Of a DNA stretch of 64,000 nt, positions 17,457 to 27,241 are shown piece by piece. Source of the DNA: Candidatus Saccharibacteria bacterium QS_5_54_17. Lineage in GTDB: Bacteria > Patescibacteriota > Saccharimonadia > QS-5-54-17. A program made the translations under genes and the position numbers. The notes beneath the pieces were generated by a model that saw only the letters and a list, made by a program, of their open reading frames with translations, was not told the origin of the DNA and searched no databases. Each line of letters begins with the position of its first letter. The stretch's first letter is position 1. The stretch is taken from positions 11,900-75,899 of the forward strand of contig PXOU01000018.1 of NCBI GenBank assembly GCA_003022365.1, given 5' to 3'.

Positions 17457-19136
17457 ATGCGGAATTTAAAAAATTACGCCTCATACATACCCAAGCAGTT
17501 CGTGGTCATGTTGGCGATTATGGCGCTGGTAGCGGCGCCGCTTGGGACCTACGCCAACTGGTCCCCGGAACGGGAGACCTACACCATGGACAACCCGGCC
17601 GAGAAAGTCACCTTCAACTCGATGACCGACAACTCCAACTACGGAGACGAGCGGACCTTTTTCGACGCCAAACCGGCCTCCAACAACAGCGAGGGAGGCT
17701 TTCAGGATGAAATCCAGGTCGGCGATCTGGAAGACGGCCAGGAAGTTACGCTCCGGATGTACGTCCACAACAACGCCAAAGAGGAGTTAAACGAAAGCTC
17801 CAGCGATGACGACAACGTCGGATTCGACGGGGAAGGCATCGCCAAAAATACCCGCGTCAGCGTTATGCTGCCGGAGGACACCACTCGGAGTATGCGATCG
17901 ATCGGCTACGTATCCGCCGATAACGCCGAGCCCGGCCAGGTCAGCGATACGCTGGATCTGAAGTCCAGCGACCGGCCGTTTAACGTGGAATACGTGGACG
18001 GTTCGGCGACGCTGTACAACAACGTCCACGAGAGTGGCATCCAGCTCAGCGACAAGATCGTGACTGATGAGGGTGCCCAAGTCGGCTATGAGCGGATGAA
18101 CGGTAATTATCCCGGTTGCTTCCAGTACGCTTCCATCGTGACCTTAAAAGTCAAGGTCAATAAAGCCGACGTCGGCGTCACCAAACAGGTACGCCAGGCC
18201 GGTGACGAGGACTGGCACAGCGAAATCGAGGCCCAACCCGGCGACAAGCTGGAGTACTTGATCAGCCTGGAGAACACCGGCGATTCCAAGCTGAAAAACG
18301 TGGCCGTGGCTGACAACCTGCCCAAGTACATGTCCTACGTGGAAGGCAGCACCAAGTACGCCAATGGCGCAACCGACGGTGAAAAGACCAATCTGGATAG
18401 CGACAACCTCACCAGAGGCGGGGTCGACCTGGGCAACTACGGCCCCGGCGCCAATGCCTTCGTTAAGTTCCAAGCCCAACTGGATTCGGCCGACAAGTTC
18501 GACAAATGCGGTGAGTACCGACTACGCAACGTCGGCATCGTGCGGCCGTTCCACGAGAGCGACCAGATGAACCAGTTCCTCAATACCGCCGATGTGGTGG
18601 TCAACGTGGAGTGTGAACCCGAACCGGAAGAGCCGGAAGTTTCCTTTAGTTGTCAGGACCTGGAAGCCAGCGACCGGCAGGGGACCGAAAGCCTGGAAAC
18701 TACCTTTACGGCCAAGGCGCAGGTGAACAACACAAGCATCACCGAGTACCAGTGGGACTTCGACGGCGACGGTGAAGTTGACGCCACCACCGACAACAAC
18801 CAGATTACCTACACCTACAACCAGCCGGGTGACTACACCGCCCAGGTAAAGGTGGTTACCGAAGACGGGGAGACCGACTTCATCCAGGATTGCCGGGAAG
18901 CCATCACCGTGCAACCGGCCGAGTCTCAAGAGGACGAAGAGCAAGAGCAGGAAGAACAGCAGCAGCAACAGCAACAACAACAGCAGCAGCAACAACAGCA
19001 AACCTCGGAAGAGCTTCCCAACACCGGCATCGGCAGCACGCTGGCCGGTATCTTCGGCAGCGGCGCCTTGGGCGTCAGCGTCCGGAGCTGGTGGCAGAGC
19101 CGGCGCGGATACTTAGCCAGCTTACTGGGCGAGTAA
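17457..19136 (+). CDS. Secreted surface protein with DUF11-like domain, PKD domain, polyQ and LPNTG sortase-like anchor
   Basis: SD AAGGAG; signal peptide; 'PGDKLEYLISLENTG..VADNLP'; 'YQWDFDGDG..YTYNQPGDY'; Q15; 'LPNTG' + hydrophobic stretch + basic residues. Confidence 0.8.
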   Translation: MRNLKNYASYIPKQFVVMLAIMALVAAPLGTYANWSPERETYTMDNPAEKVTFNSMTDNSNYGDERTFFDAKPASNNSEGGFQDEIQVGDLEDGQEVTLRMYVHNNAKEELNESSSDDDNVGFDGEGIAKNTRVSVMLPEDTTRSMRSIGYVSADNAEPGQVSDTLDLKSSDRPFNVEYVDGSATLYNNVHESGIQLSDKIVTDEGAQVGYERMNGNYPGCFQYASIVTLKVKVNKADVGVTKQVRQAGDEDWHSEIEAQPGDKLEYLISLENTGDSKLKNVAVADNLPKYMSYVEGSTKYANGATDGEKTNLDSDNLTRGGVDLGNYGPGANAFVKFQAQLDSADKFDKCGEYRLRNVGIVRPFHESDQMNQFLNTADVVVNVECEPEPEEPEVSFSCQDLEASDRQGTESLETTFTAKAQVNNTSITEYQWDFDGDGEVDATTDNNQITYTYNQPGDYTAQVKVVTEDGETDFIQDCREAITVQPAESQEDEEQEQEEQQQQQQQQQQQQQQQTSEELPNTGIGSTLAGIFGSGALGVSVRSWWQSRRGYLASLLGE

Positions 19137-19224
19137 CGCGCACCTAACCCGGGGGGTGAGCTTCATCTCTCACCCCTCCGCGCTCCCTGGGGGTACCACA
19201 GGAGTACCCCCAGGTGCCAACCAA

Positions 19225-19745
19225 GAGGAAGCAAGTGGGGGTCAGTAGACAGCAGACAGTAGACAGGGGAAAAACAACGGGAAGCAAGGAGTAAGAAGTA
19301 AGAAGCAAGTGGCAGTCAGTAGACAGGAGACAGCAGACAGGGGAAAAAGAACGGGAAGTAAGCAGTAAGTAAGAGGCGCGACACACAATTACAAGGAACG
19401 TCCTTGCAATATTAAAAATCACTACCAAAAGCGCTACTTGGCGCAAAATTGCAAGGACGTTCCTTGCAAAAGGAGGGTTTTTTCTCTTTTTGTCACTGGG
19501 AATTTAGTTCGGAATCGTTTCTACAGCAGATCCTGGAATAGATCCTGAAATAAATTCAGGATGACAGTAGGAATAGATCCTGAAACAAGCCTGCCTGCCG
19601 GCAGGCAGGTTCAGGATGACATTTTCCGTTACCCCCCCTCTGTCATTCCGAAGACGTCATCCCGGACCCCGCCTGCACTGAGTAAGGTCGAAGTGATCCG
19701 GGATCAGTTCGGAATCTGATTCCGCAACAGGGGAACGATCACGGA
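19225..19745. repeat. Repeat mosaic R6
   Basis: Long heptamer tract, TTGCAAGG dimer (19388-19470), nested palindrome 19641-19716. Confidence 0.9.
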
Positions 19746-19788
19746 TCTGGGCGGGGCGACCCCTGTCAATCGCTCTACCTTCAATCAC

Positions 19789-19820
19789 TTGACATTAATC
19801 ATATAAAATGCTACTATAAT
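19789..19820 (+). promoter_or_regulatory. Sigma70-type promoter
   Basis: TTGACA-17 nt-TACTAT (overlapping TATAAT) with extended -10 TG. Confidence 0.6.
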
Positions 19821-19944
19821 GGCACCATATGCATTCCGGGGTGGAGTTTTGCCAAATTGGCAATTCCATACCAAAACAGTTGCCTCATGAGGGCAAAGGA
19901 TTGTATACTAGGGATTGTTAATAAGGAGATTTGGAGGTTTGAGG

Positions 19945-21639
19945 ATGTTATTAAGTGCCTTGCAGCGAAAGAATGTTTTCTTAATCATCGGGGTATTCCT
20001 GCTGAGTATTACCGGTATATTCCAGATGAATTCCGGCCCGACCCATGCCATCCATGGCAACGACGTCATCGACGGCGGGGTCAGCAGCGAACAGGAACTG
20101 CAGCAGATTGTCAGAGACGACAGCAGCGACCCGCATGCCCACCACATATTTAACCAAGCCTTCGGCGGCTATACGACACCTGAGGATATGACCGGCATGC
20201 AAAGGGGTACCCTGCACCGTGACGGCCGGGTGACGGTCAACGGCGAAACGGTGGCCCGGAATGCCGCTACTTCCGGACGAAAACATTTCAGCCAACATGA
20301 CCAGGTCCTGGCCAGGGATAACAACGGAGATCCGATTGCCTATTACGCCCCAGCACCGCACCGTTTCGACGAGGACGCCCAGAGTCCGGAGGTGTTGGTC
20401 AAGCTGGACGAGAACGGCCAGTACCAGCACGCCGTGCTTACCAGCTGCGGCAACCCGGTCATCGCTGACGCCGTCCAACAAGAACCGGAACCTGAGCCGG
20501 AACCGGAAGTTTCCTTTAGCTGTCAGGATCTGGATGCCAACGACAGCTCGGCCGTGGGCACGCTGACCACCACCTTCACCGCCGACGTTGAGGTGAAAAA
20601 CACGGAAGTCACCGAGTACCAATGGGACTTCGACAGCGACGGCAACGTTGACGCCACCAGCCGGGACAACAAGGTGAAACATACCTACCGGGAGCCGGGC
20701 GAATACATCGCCCAGGTGAATGTGGTCACCCAAGACGGGGAAACCGGCTTTACCCCGCGCTGCAAGACGCGGATCACCGTCCAGGAAGAATCCGAACCAG
20801 AACCAGAACCCGAGCCGGAACCGGTAGTTTCCTTTAGCTGTGAAGACCTGGACGCCAGCGACAGCTACGGCCGGGGGAACCTGACCACCACCTTTACCGC
20901 CGACGCCCAGGCCGAAAACACGAACATCACCGAGTACCAATGGGACTTCGACGGCGACCAAAATGTTGATAAAACTACCCAGGACAATCAGGTTACCCAC
21001 ACCTATGAGGAAGTCGGTGAGCACACCGCCGCGGTCAAGGTCGTAACCCAGGACGGGAAGACCGGCTTCAGCAGCCAGTGCCAAACCTCAGTGACCGTCG
21101 ATGAAGCGTCTGAGCCGGAACCCGAAGAAGCTGCCTTCGAATGTGATGGTCTCAGCGTCAGCGACCGCCAGGGGACTGAAAGCCTGGAAACCACCTTCAC
21201 CGCCGACGCCGATACCCAAAACACATCAGTCACCGAGTACCAATGGGACTTCGACGGCGACCAGAATGTCGATGAAACCACCCAGGAAAACCAGATCACC
21301 CACACCTACACCCAGCCGGGCGAGTACACCGCCCAGGTGAACGTGGTCACCGAAGACGGGGAAACCGGCTTCACCGCAGATTGCCGGGAAGCCATCACCG
21401 TCGAAGAAAAACCCGAACCTCAAGAGGACCAACAACAGCAGCAACAGCAACAGCAACAGCAACAACAGCAACAACAACAGCAGCAGCAACAGCAAACTAG
21501 CAAACAACAGCCCGATCAGTTGGCCAATACCGGTCTCGGCAGCGCGGCCATGGGATTGATGGGCAGCGCTTCCCTGGGCGTCGGCCTCCGCAGCTGGTGG
21601 CGCACCAAACGCAACCTGCGCCAGAGCCTGCGCGGATAA
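19945..21639 (+). CDS. Secreted surface protein with three PKD domains, polyQ and LANTG sortase-like anchor
   Basis: SD GGAGG; signal peptide; three 'TEYQWDFD.D..VD.T...HTY..(P/V)GE' domains; Q22; 'LANTG' + hydrophobic stretch + basic tail. Confidence 0.8.
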   Translation: MLLSALQRKNVFLIIGVFLLSITGIFQMNSGPTHAIHGNDVIDGGVSSEQELQQIVRDDSSDPHAHHIFNQAFGGYTTPEDMTGMQRGTLHRDGRVTVNGETVARNAATSGRKHFSQHDQVLARDNNGDPIAYYAPAPHRFDEDAQSPEVLVKLDENGQYQHAVLTSCGNPVIADAVQQEPEPEPEPEVSFSCQDLDANDSSAVGTLTTTFTADVEVKNTEVTEYQWDFDSDGNVDATSRDNKVKHTYREPGEYIAQVNVVTQDGETGFTPRCKTRITVQEESEPEPEPEPEPVVSFSCEDLDASDSYGRGNLTTTFTADAQAENTNITEYQWDFDGDQNVDKTTQDNQVTHTYEEVGEHTAAVKVVTQDGKTGFSSQCQTSVTVDEASEPEPEEAAFECDGLSVSDRQGTESLETTFTADADTQNTSVTEYQWDFDGDQNVDETTQENQITHTYTQPGEYTAQVNVVTEDGETGFTADCREAITVEEKPEPQEDQQQQQQQQQQQQQQQQQQQQQQTSKQQPDQLANTGLGSAAMGLMGSASLGVGLRSWWRTKRNLRQSLRG

Positions 21640-21769
21640 GCCGGGCAACTCGAGAAAACAAGACACAGACACCCGGGCCCCATGGGGCCCGGGTAAAAAA
21701 ATTACCAACTTCCGCCGGGCCACGCGGGGTAGAACACGTGAATGAATCCTGCCGCCCCGCTCCCGTGTA

Positions 21770-22165
21770 CCCTCTTTGTCACTGTGAACCTCCTCTGTCA
21801 CTGCGAATTTAGTTCGGAATCGTTTCTGCAACAGTTCCTGAAATAGATCCTGAAACAAGCCTGCCTGCCGGCAGGCAGGTTCAGGATGACACTTCTTTTT
21901 CGTTACCCCCCCCTCTGTCATTCCGAAGACGTCATCCCGGACCCCGATCCGGGATCAGGTTCGGAATCCAATCCTGACACTGGGCCTAAAACTGATCCTG
22001 AAATAAATTCAGGATGACAATTCAGGGGTGACATATTCAGGAATGACATTTAGTCCGGTTTTTGTTGCAGGGTTTTTGATAATAGTTCCGGGTTTTACGC
22101 CCGTGAACACCTCCTTGTTGTTTACTGCATCCGAGGTGTTCAATAAGCCGGGCGACTATACGCCA
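21770..22165. repeat. Repeat mosaic R7
   Basis: Nested palindromes; terminal GAACACCTC..GAGGTGTTC hairpin and GACTATAC. Confidence 0.9.
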
Positions 22166-22206
22166 TACTTAACCGGGTAGCAGTAATCCTTTATACTGCC
22201 CGTGTA

Positions 22207-23301
22207 ATGCATGAGATAACCAAAGAACTCCACGCGCTGCTCGGGCGCATCGAAGAAGCCAGCCGCCAGCTGGGCATCGAAACCAAGCAACGCCGGATCT
22301 CGGAAATGGAGCGTTCCATGCAGTCGCCGGAATTCTGGCAGGATCCCGAGACGGCGGCGGCGACCTCCAAGCAACACGCCCATTTGAAAAAACAGGTGGA
22401 CTCCTGGCAACAGTTGCGCCAAGACGCCCGGGCGGCGCTGGATCTGGCCCGGATGGAAGATCACCAGTTGCTGGAGGAGCTAAAGGAGCAATATACCGAC
22501 ATTAAATCCCGGTTCGAGGAAAAGGAATTGGAAGTCAAACTCTCCGGAGTCTACGACGGCCATGACGCCATCCTCCACATCCATAGCGGCACCGGCGGAA
22601 CCGACGCCCAGGACTGGGCGCGGATGCTGGAACGGATGTACCTGCGATTCGCCGACCGGAGCCAGCTGCAGGCGGAAATTTTGAGCCGGTCCCAAGGCGA
22701 GGAAGCCGGTATTAAGAGCGCCATTGTCCGACTGGAAGGCTCCTATGCCTACGGGCGGCTGAAAGGTGAGCACGGCGTGCACCGGCTGGTGAGAAAAAGC
22801 CCCTTTAATTCCGATAATTTGCGCCAGACCAGTTTCGCCCTGGTGGAGGTGACCCCCGACATCCCCGAACCGGAAACTGATGACATTAATGAAAATGATG
22901 TAACCATCGATACCTATCGGGCCAGCGGCAAAGGTGGCCAGGGGGTAAACACCACCGACTCGGCCGTCCGGATCACCCACCAACCCACCGGCATCATGGT
23001 GGCTATTCAGAACGAACGTTCCCAACTGCACAACAAGCAAACCGCCTGGAAGATCCTCCGCGCCCGCCTGGCCCGGCTCCGGGAGGAACAGCGGGCGGAA
23101 ACCATCGACGAACTCCGAGGGTCCCATTTAACCGAGCAGTGGGGGAGCCAGATCCGCAATTACGTACTCCATCCCTATACCTTAGTCAAGGATACCCGGA
23201 CCGGAGTGGAAACTGCCCAAGCCGAAGCAGTCCTGGAAGGCGAGCTGGATGATTTCATCGACGCCTACTTAACCCAGCAGATCGGAGTCAGTAGGCAGTA
23301 G
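22207..23301 (+). CDS. prfB: Peptide chain release factor 2 (no programmed frameshift)
   Basis: 'GTGGTDAQDW', 'GEHGVHRLVRKSPF' (SPF anticodon peptide), 'GKGGQGVNTTDSAVR', 'WGSQIRNY'. Confidence 0.97.
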   Translation: MHEITKELHALLGRIEEASRQLGIETKQRRISEMERSMQSPEFWQDPETAAATSKQHAHLKKQVDSWQQLRQDARAALDLARMEDHQLLEELKEQYTDIKSRFEEKELEVKLSGVYDGHDAILHIHSGTGGTDAQDWARMLERMYLRFADRSQLQAEILSRSQGEEAGIKSAIVRLEGSYAYGRLKGEHGVHRLVRKSPFNSDNLRQTSFALVEVTPDIPEPETDDINENDVTIDTYRASGKGGQGVNTTDSAVRITHQPTGIMVAIQNERSQLHNKQTAWKILRARLARLREEQRAETIDELRGSHLTEQWGSQIRNYVLHPYTLVKDTRTGVETAQAEAVLEGELDDFIDAYLTQQIGVSRQ

Positions 23302-23635
23302 ACAGGGAACAAGGAACAGGGAACAAGGAGCAGGGAGCAAGAAGTAAGTGACACGCAATTGCAAGGAACGTCCTTGCAATATTAAAAATCGTTACCAAAA
23401 GCGCTACTTGGCGCGAAATTGCAAGGACGTTCCTTGCAAAAGGAGGGCCTCCTCTCTTTTTGTCACTGCGAACTTGGTTCGGAATCGTTTCTGCAAAAAA
23501 TCCCGGCATAGATCCTGAAACAAGCCTGCCTGCCGGCAGGCAGGTTCAGGATGACAATAGGGGAAGATCCTGAAACAAGTTCAGGATGACACTTTTCCCC
23601 TCTCTGTCATTCCGGCCGGCGAGCCGGAATCCTTT
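23285..23635. repeat. Repeat mosaic R8
   Basis: Heptamer tract supplies the prfB stop; TTGCAAGG dimer 23357-23440. Confidence 0.9.
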
Positions 23636-23656
23636 AACGTGTGTTAAGATAAACCC

Positions 23657-24334
23657 GTGATACTACTTGATCGGCTGGGAAAGCAATACGGATCCAACGA
23701 GGCACTGTCCCACGTTAATTTACACATTCACCCCAAGGAGTTCGTTACGGTGGTGGGGGAATCCGGCGCCGGCAAATCGACGCTGATCCGCTTATTAATC
23801 CGGGAAGAGAAGCCCTCGTCGGGGAAAATCATCGTCGGTGGCATCGACTATGAAGGCGTCAAACGCCGGGACATTCCCCGGCTGCGCCGCCGCATCGGGG
23901 TGGTGTTCCAGGACTTCAAGTTGCTGCCCAACCGGAACGTACGTGAAAACGTGGCCTTTGCCCTGGAGATTACCGGAGCCCGGCCCAGTGTCATCAAACA
24001 CACTGTGCCCAAAGTCTTGCAATTGGTGGGGTTGGCGGGGAAAGAACATAATTTCCCCCGGGAACTTTCCGGCGGTGAACAGCAGCGGGTGGCCATCGCC
24101 CGGGCGGTGGTGCGCCAGCCCAAGATTCTGATCGCCGACGAGCCGACCGGCAACCTGGACCCCAAACACTCCTGGGACATCATCGAATTACTGCTGAAAA
24201 TTAACCGCTACGGAACCACTGTGATTTTGGCCACCCATAACCGGGATATCGTTAACGCCCTGCAGCGCCGGGTGGTCACCCTCCGCGGCGGCCGCGTCAT
24301 CGATGATCAGGAACAGGGAGCCTACAATGTATAG
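23657..24334 (+). CDS. ftsE: Cell division ATP-binding protein FtsE
   Basis: Walker A 'GESGAGKS', '[10 protein letters not shown]', 'LSGGEQQR', 'ADEPTGNLD'; followed by ftsX. Confidence 0.95.
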   Translation: MILLDRLGKQYGSNEALSHVNLHIHPKEFVTVVGESGAGKSTLIRLLIREEKPSSGKIIVGGIDYEGVKRRDIPRLRRRIGVVFQDFKLLPNRNVRENVAFALEITGARPSVIKHTVPKVLQLVGLAGKEHNFPRELSGGEQQRVAIARAVVRQPKILIADEPTGNLDPKHSWDIIELLLKINRYGTTVILATHNRDIVNALQRRVVTLRGGRVIDDQEQGAYNV

Positions 24335-24418
24335 CCGGGCAGCAGCCTACAGGCGATTGTATAATCCGTTCCGGCTCGGGGCTTGCTGCTGGCGCCCCGC
24401 TCTGGGTAGGAGGGGCCC

Positions 24419-25345
24419 GTGCTAGTCCGCAAGCTCTTCATGCTGACTCGGGTCATGGAGGCGGGGACGCGGAATTTCTTCCGGAACGCCTGGCTGAGCG
24501 TGGCTGCTATCACCGTCATGGCGGTGACGCTGACCATCATGTTGTCAGCGGTGGTGTTCAATATGGCGCTGGGCAACACGCTGGATAAGGTGACGGAGAA
24601 GATCGACGTGGCGGTTTACTTCAACGATGAGGCCTCGCGGTCGCAAATTGACCAGTTTCAAGAGGCGCTTCTGGCTCGTGGCAACGTGACTGCGGTCGAT
24701 TTCATTTCCAAATCCGAGGCGCGGGAGCGGTACCGGGAGGAACGCAGCTCTCAGCAAGGAGAACAGCCCATCGACCCGGTTACCCCAGGCGACAACCCCT
24801 TGCCCCGCTCGGTCGAGATCACGGTGGCCGATCTTACCCGGGTGGGGCAAATCTCGGATCTGGCCCAAAGCCAACAATACGCGCCCATTGTCGAGGAAAC
24901 CTCCTTAGGCGGGGACCAACGGGATACCATCCAGCGGATCGCCACGGTGCGTGAATCTTTACTGACGGCCGGTTTGGTGGCTAGCTTGATTTTTGCCGGC
25001 ATTTCGGTATTGATTATCTTTAATACCATCCGGATGGCCATATTCGCCCGGGGAGAAGAGATCAGCATCATGCGGCTCATAGGGGCGACTAACGCCTTCA
25101 TACGGGGGCCGTTCCTGTTCGAGGCCATCCTGGACGGGATTATCGCAGCCTTGATCGCGCTGGGACTGGTGTACGCCCTGTTGTTCCGGAGCGGGGCCTC
25201 GCTAATCGATTACGTGGATTTCGAAAGTACCGTTACCTTCTTCGCCGAGGCGTGGCCGCTGGTGGCAGGGGGGACGATTCTGGCCGGTATCCTGCTGGGC
25301 GCCTTTTCCAGCACCCTGGCCATGGCCCGGTATTTGCGGCTGTAA
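24419..25345 (+). CDS. ftsX: Cell division permease FtsX
   Basis: Four TM segments, 'FISKSEA', 'NPLP', 'IFNTIRMAIFARGEEI..MRLIGA...FIRGPFLFE'; SD AGGAGG. Confidence 0.93.
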   Translation: MLVRKLFMLTRVMEAGTRNFFRNAWLSVAAITVMAVTLTIMLSAVVFNMALGNTLDKVTEKIDVAVYFNDEASRSQIDQFQEALLARGNVTAVDFISKSEARERYREERSSQQGEQPIDPVTPGDNPLPRSVEITVADLTRVGQISDLAQSQQYAPIVEETSLGGDQRDTIQRIATVRESLLTAGLVASLIFAGISVLIIFNTIRMAIFARGEEISIMRLIGATNAFIRGPFLFEAILDGIIAALIALGLVYALLFRSGASLIDYVDFESTVTFFAEAWPLVAGGTILAGILLGAFSSTLAMARYLRL

Positions 25346-25522
25346 CAGGGCGGCGGGGAAGAGCAATATAAAGATCGATATAGCCCCTATACCACACCCG
25401 CCTCCTCGATAATTAAGGTCATAAATCAGATTTGAGCCAGTTACACGGGCGTGCTAGTCTGCCAAATGCTTGCTTGGCGCGAGCTTACATCATTTTCCCG
25501 TTACTCCCGGCGCCAGTAAGCA

Positions 25523-25551
25523 TTGACATTTTGTACTTCATTTTGTACAAT
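25523..25551 (+). promoter_or_regulatory. Sigma70-type promoter overlapped by a CATTTTGTAC direct repeat
   Basis: TTGACA-17 nt-TACAAT. Confidence 0.6.
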
Positions 25552-25569
25552 AAGGAGTGGTCAGCAGCA

Positions 25570-26748
25570 ATGCGACACGTTCACAGTATGCGAAAAACAA
25601 AAACGACCCCCAAAATAACTATAGTTGTAGTGATCACCGTGGTAGCGGTGGCCGGGTTGCTGGCGCAGCGGATCGCCTCCACCTCCGCCCAGTCGCTGCA
25701 GCAGCTGGAGGGAGAGATTAGCCAGCTGGAAGAGCGGATCCAGGATTCCCGTAATCGGTTGCAGGAGTTACGCGACAAAAAAGATACCCTGAAGAACAAG
25801 CTGGAGATCATCCGAACCGACATTAATAAAAAAGAGGCCGAGTTACGCCAGACCCGCCAGGAAATCGCCTCCACTGAAGCGGAGATCCGGGAGACGAAGC
25901 AGAAACTCCGTCGGCAGAAAAAGCTGATGCAGGAAAACGCCGCCACCTTATACAAAGAAGGCGACCCGACTACGCTGGAAATGCTGTTTTCCAGCGACAG
26001 CTTCAGTGATTTCATCGACCGGAAGCAGTACCTGGACAGCGTCAAGGAGAGCCTGGATGAAGCGGCTGCCAAAGTGAAGCAGCTGCAAGGTGAACTGGAA
26101 GACAAAAAAGCCAAACTGGAAGATAAACGCCGGCAGCAGAAAAGCGAAAAGCGGGCCTTGCAAGCCCGCCGCAATGAGCAACAGCGACTGCTGGAGAAAA
26201 CTCGGGGAAGAGAAGAGCGGTATCAGCAACTTCTCAGCCAGCAACAGGAAGAATTACAGCGAAAACGCCAGCAAAAACGCCAAGCCTACCAACGCTACTT
26301 AAGCCGTAACGATGTAGAATTGGTGGCGGGCGATCCTAACAAAGGCGGTTATCCTGACAGATGGGCGAATCCGCCCCGGAACGACAGAGTGGATGAGTGG
26401 GGTATGTATAACCGCCAGTGCACCAGCTACGCCGCTTGGAGAGTCCATGATGACGGCAAACATATGCCCGAGTGGGGTCGGACTGACAATGCGGATGCCA
26501 AATATTGGTACAATTTAGCACGGAGAGATGATATTCCCACCGGCGGGTCACCAAGAGAGGGGGCCATCGCGGTGTGGCGCGAAGGAGATGGTATGGGGGA
26601 TACATATGGACACGTTGCCTATGTCGAAAATGTCAATGATGATGGTTCGATTTGGGTAAGCCAGTACAATGTAACACCCGGCGAATACAATGAAATGGGG
26701 GTAAGTAAGGACAAAGCCGCTCAATTAGATTACGTCTATTTCCAGTAA
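25570..26748 (+). CDS. PcsB/CwlO-like coiled-coil + CHAP peptidoglycan hydrolase
   Basis: N-terminal TM/signal, long coiled coil 'LEMLFSSDSFSDF', CHAP 'QCTSYA..W', 'YGHVAYVE'; downstream of ftsEX. Confidence 0.88.
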   Translation: MRHVHSMRKTKTTPKITIVVVITVVAVAGLLAQRIASTSAQSLQQLEGEISQLEERIQDSRNRLQELRDKKDTLKNKLEIIRTDINKKEAELRQTRQEIASTEAEIRETKQKLRRQKKLMQENAATLYKEGDPTTLEMLFSSDSFSDFIDRKQYLDSVKESLDEAAAKVKQLQGELEDKKAKLEDKRRQQKSEKRALQARRNEQQRLLEKTRGREERYQQLLSQQQEELQRKRQQKRQAYQRYLSRNDVELVAGDPNKGGYPDRWANPPRNDRVDEWGMYNRQCTSYAAWRVHDDGKHMPEWGRTDNADAKYWYNLARRDDIPTGGSPREGAIAVWREGDGMGDTYGHVAYVENVNDDGSIWVSQYNVTPGEYNEMGVSKDKAAQLDYVYFQ

Positions 26749-26789
26749 TCATTCGACGATCCCGCCTGCGTTAAACGGATACTCCCGGG

Positions 26790-27240
26790 GCCAAAACAGG
26801 AAGCAGGAAGTAAGTGGGAGACATATACGTAATTGCAAGGACGGTCCTTGCAAAAGGAGGGTTCTCTCTCTTTGTCATTCCGAATTTAATTCGGAATCGT
26901 TTCTGTAACAGATCCTGAAACAAGTTCAGGATGACACTTCTTTTTCGTTACCCCTCTCCGTCATTCCGAAGACGTCATCCCGGACCCCGATCCAAGATCA
27001 GTTCGGAATCGGGTTTGAAACTGATCCTGAAACCGATCCTGAAACAAGTTCAGGATGACAATAGGGGAAGATCCTGAAATAAATTCAGGATGACACTCCT
27101 TTTTCGTTACCCCTCTCCGTCATTCCGAAGACGTCATCCCGGACCCCGATCCGGGATCAGGTTCGGAATCGGCTCTGATTTTAAAACCTCCTTGTTGTTT
27201 ACTGCATCCGAGATGTTCAATATGTCCCGAGACTATACGG
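26790..27240. repeat. Repeat mosaic R9
   Basis: Internal duplication of an ~95-bp nested block; ends GACTATACGG directly before IS30. Confidence 0.9.
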
Positions 27241-27241
27241 G

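Noticed and set aside
22207-22300. Programmed +1 frameshift in prfB
   Set aside because: The ORF is continuous and has no CTT-TGA slippery site with an internal SD
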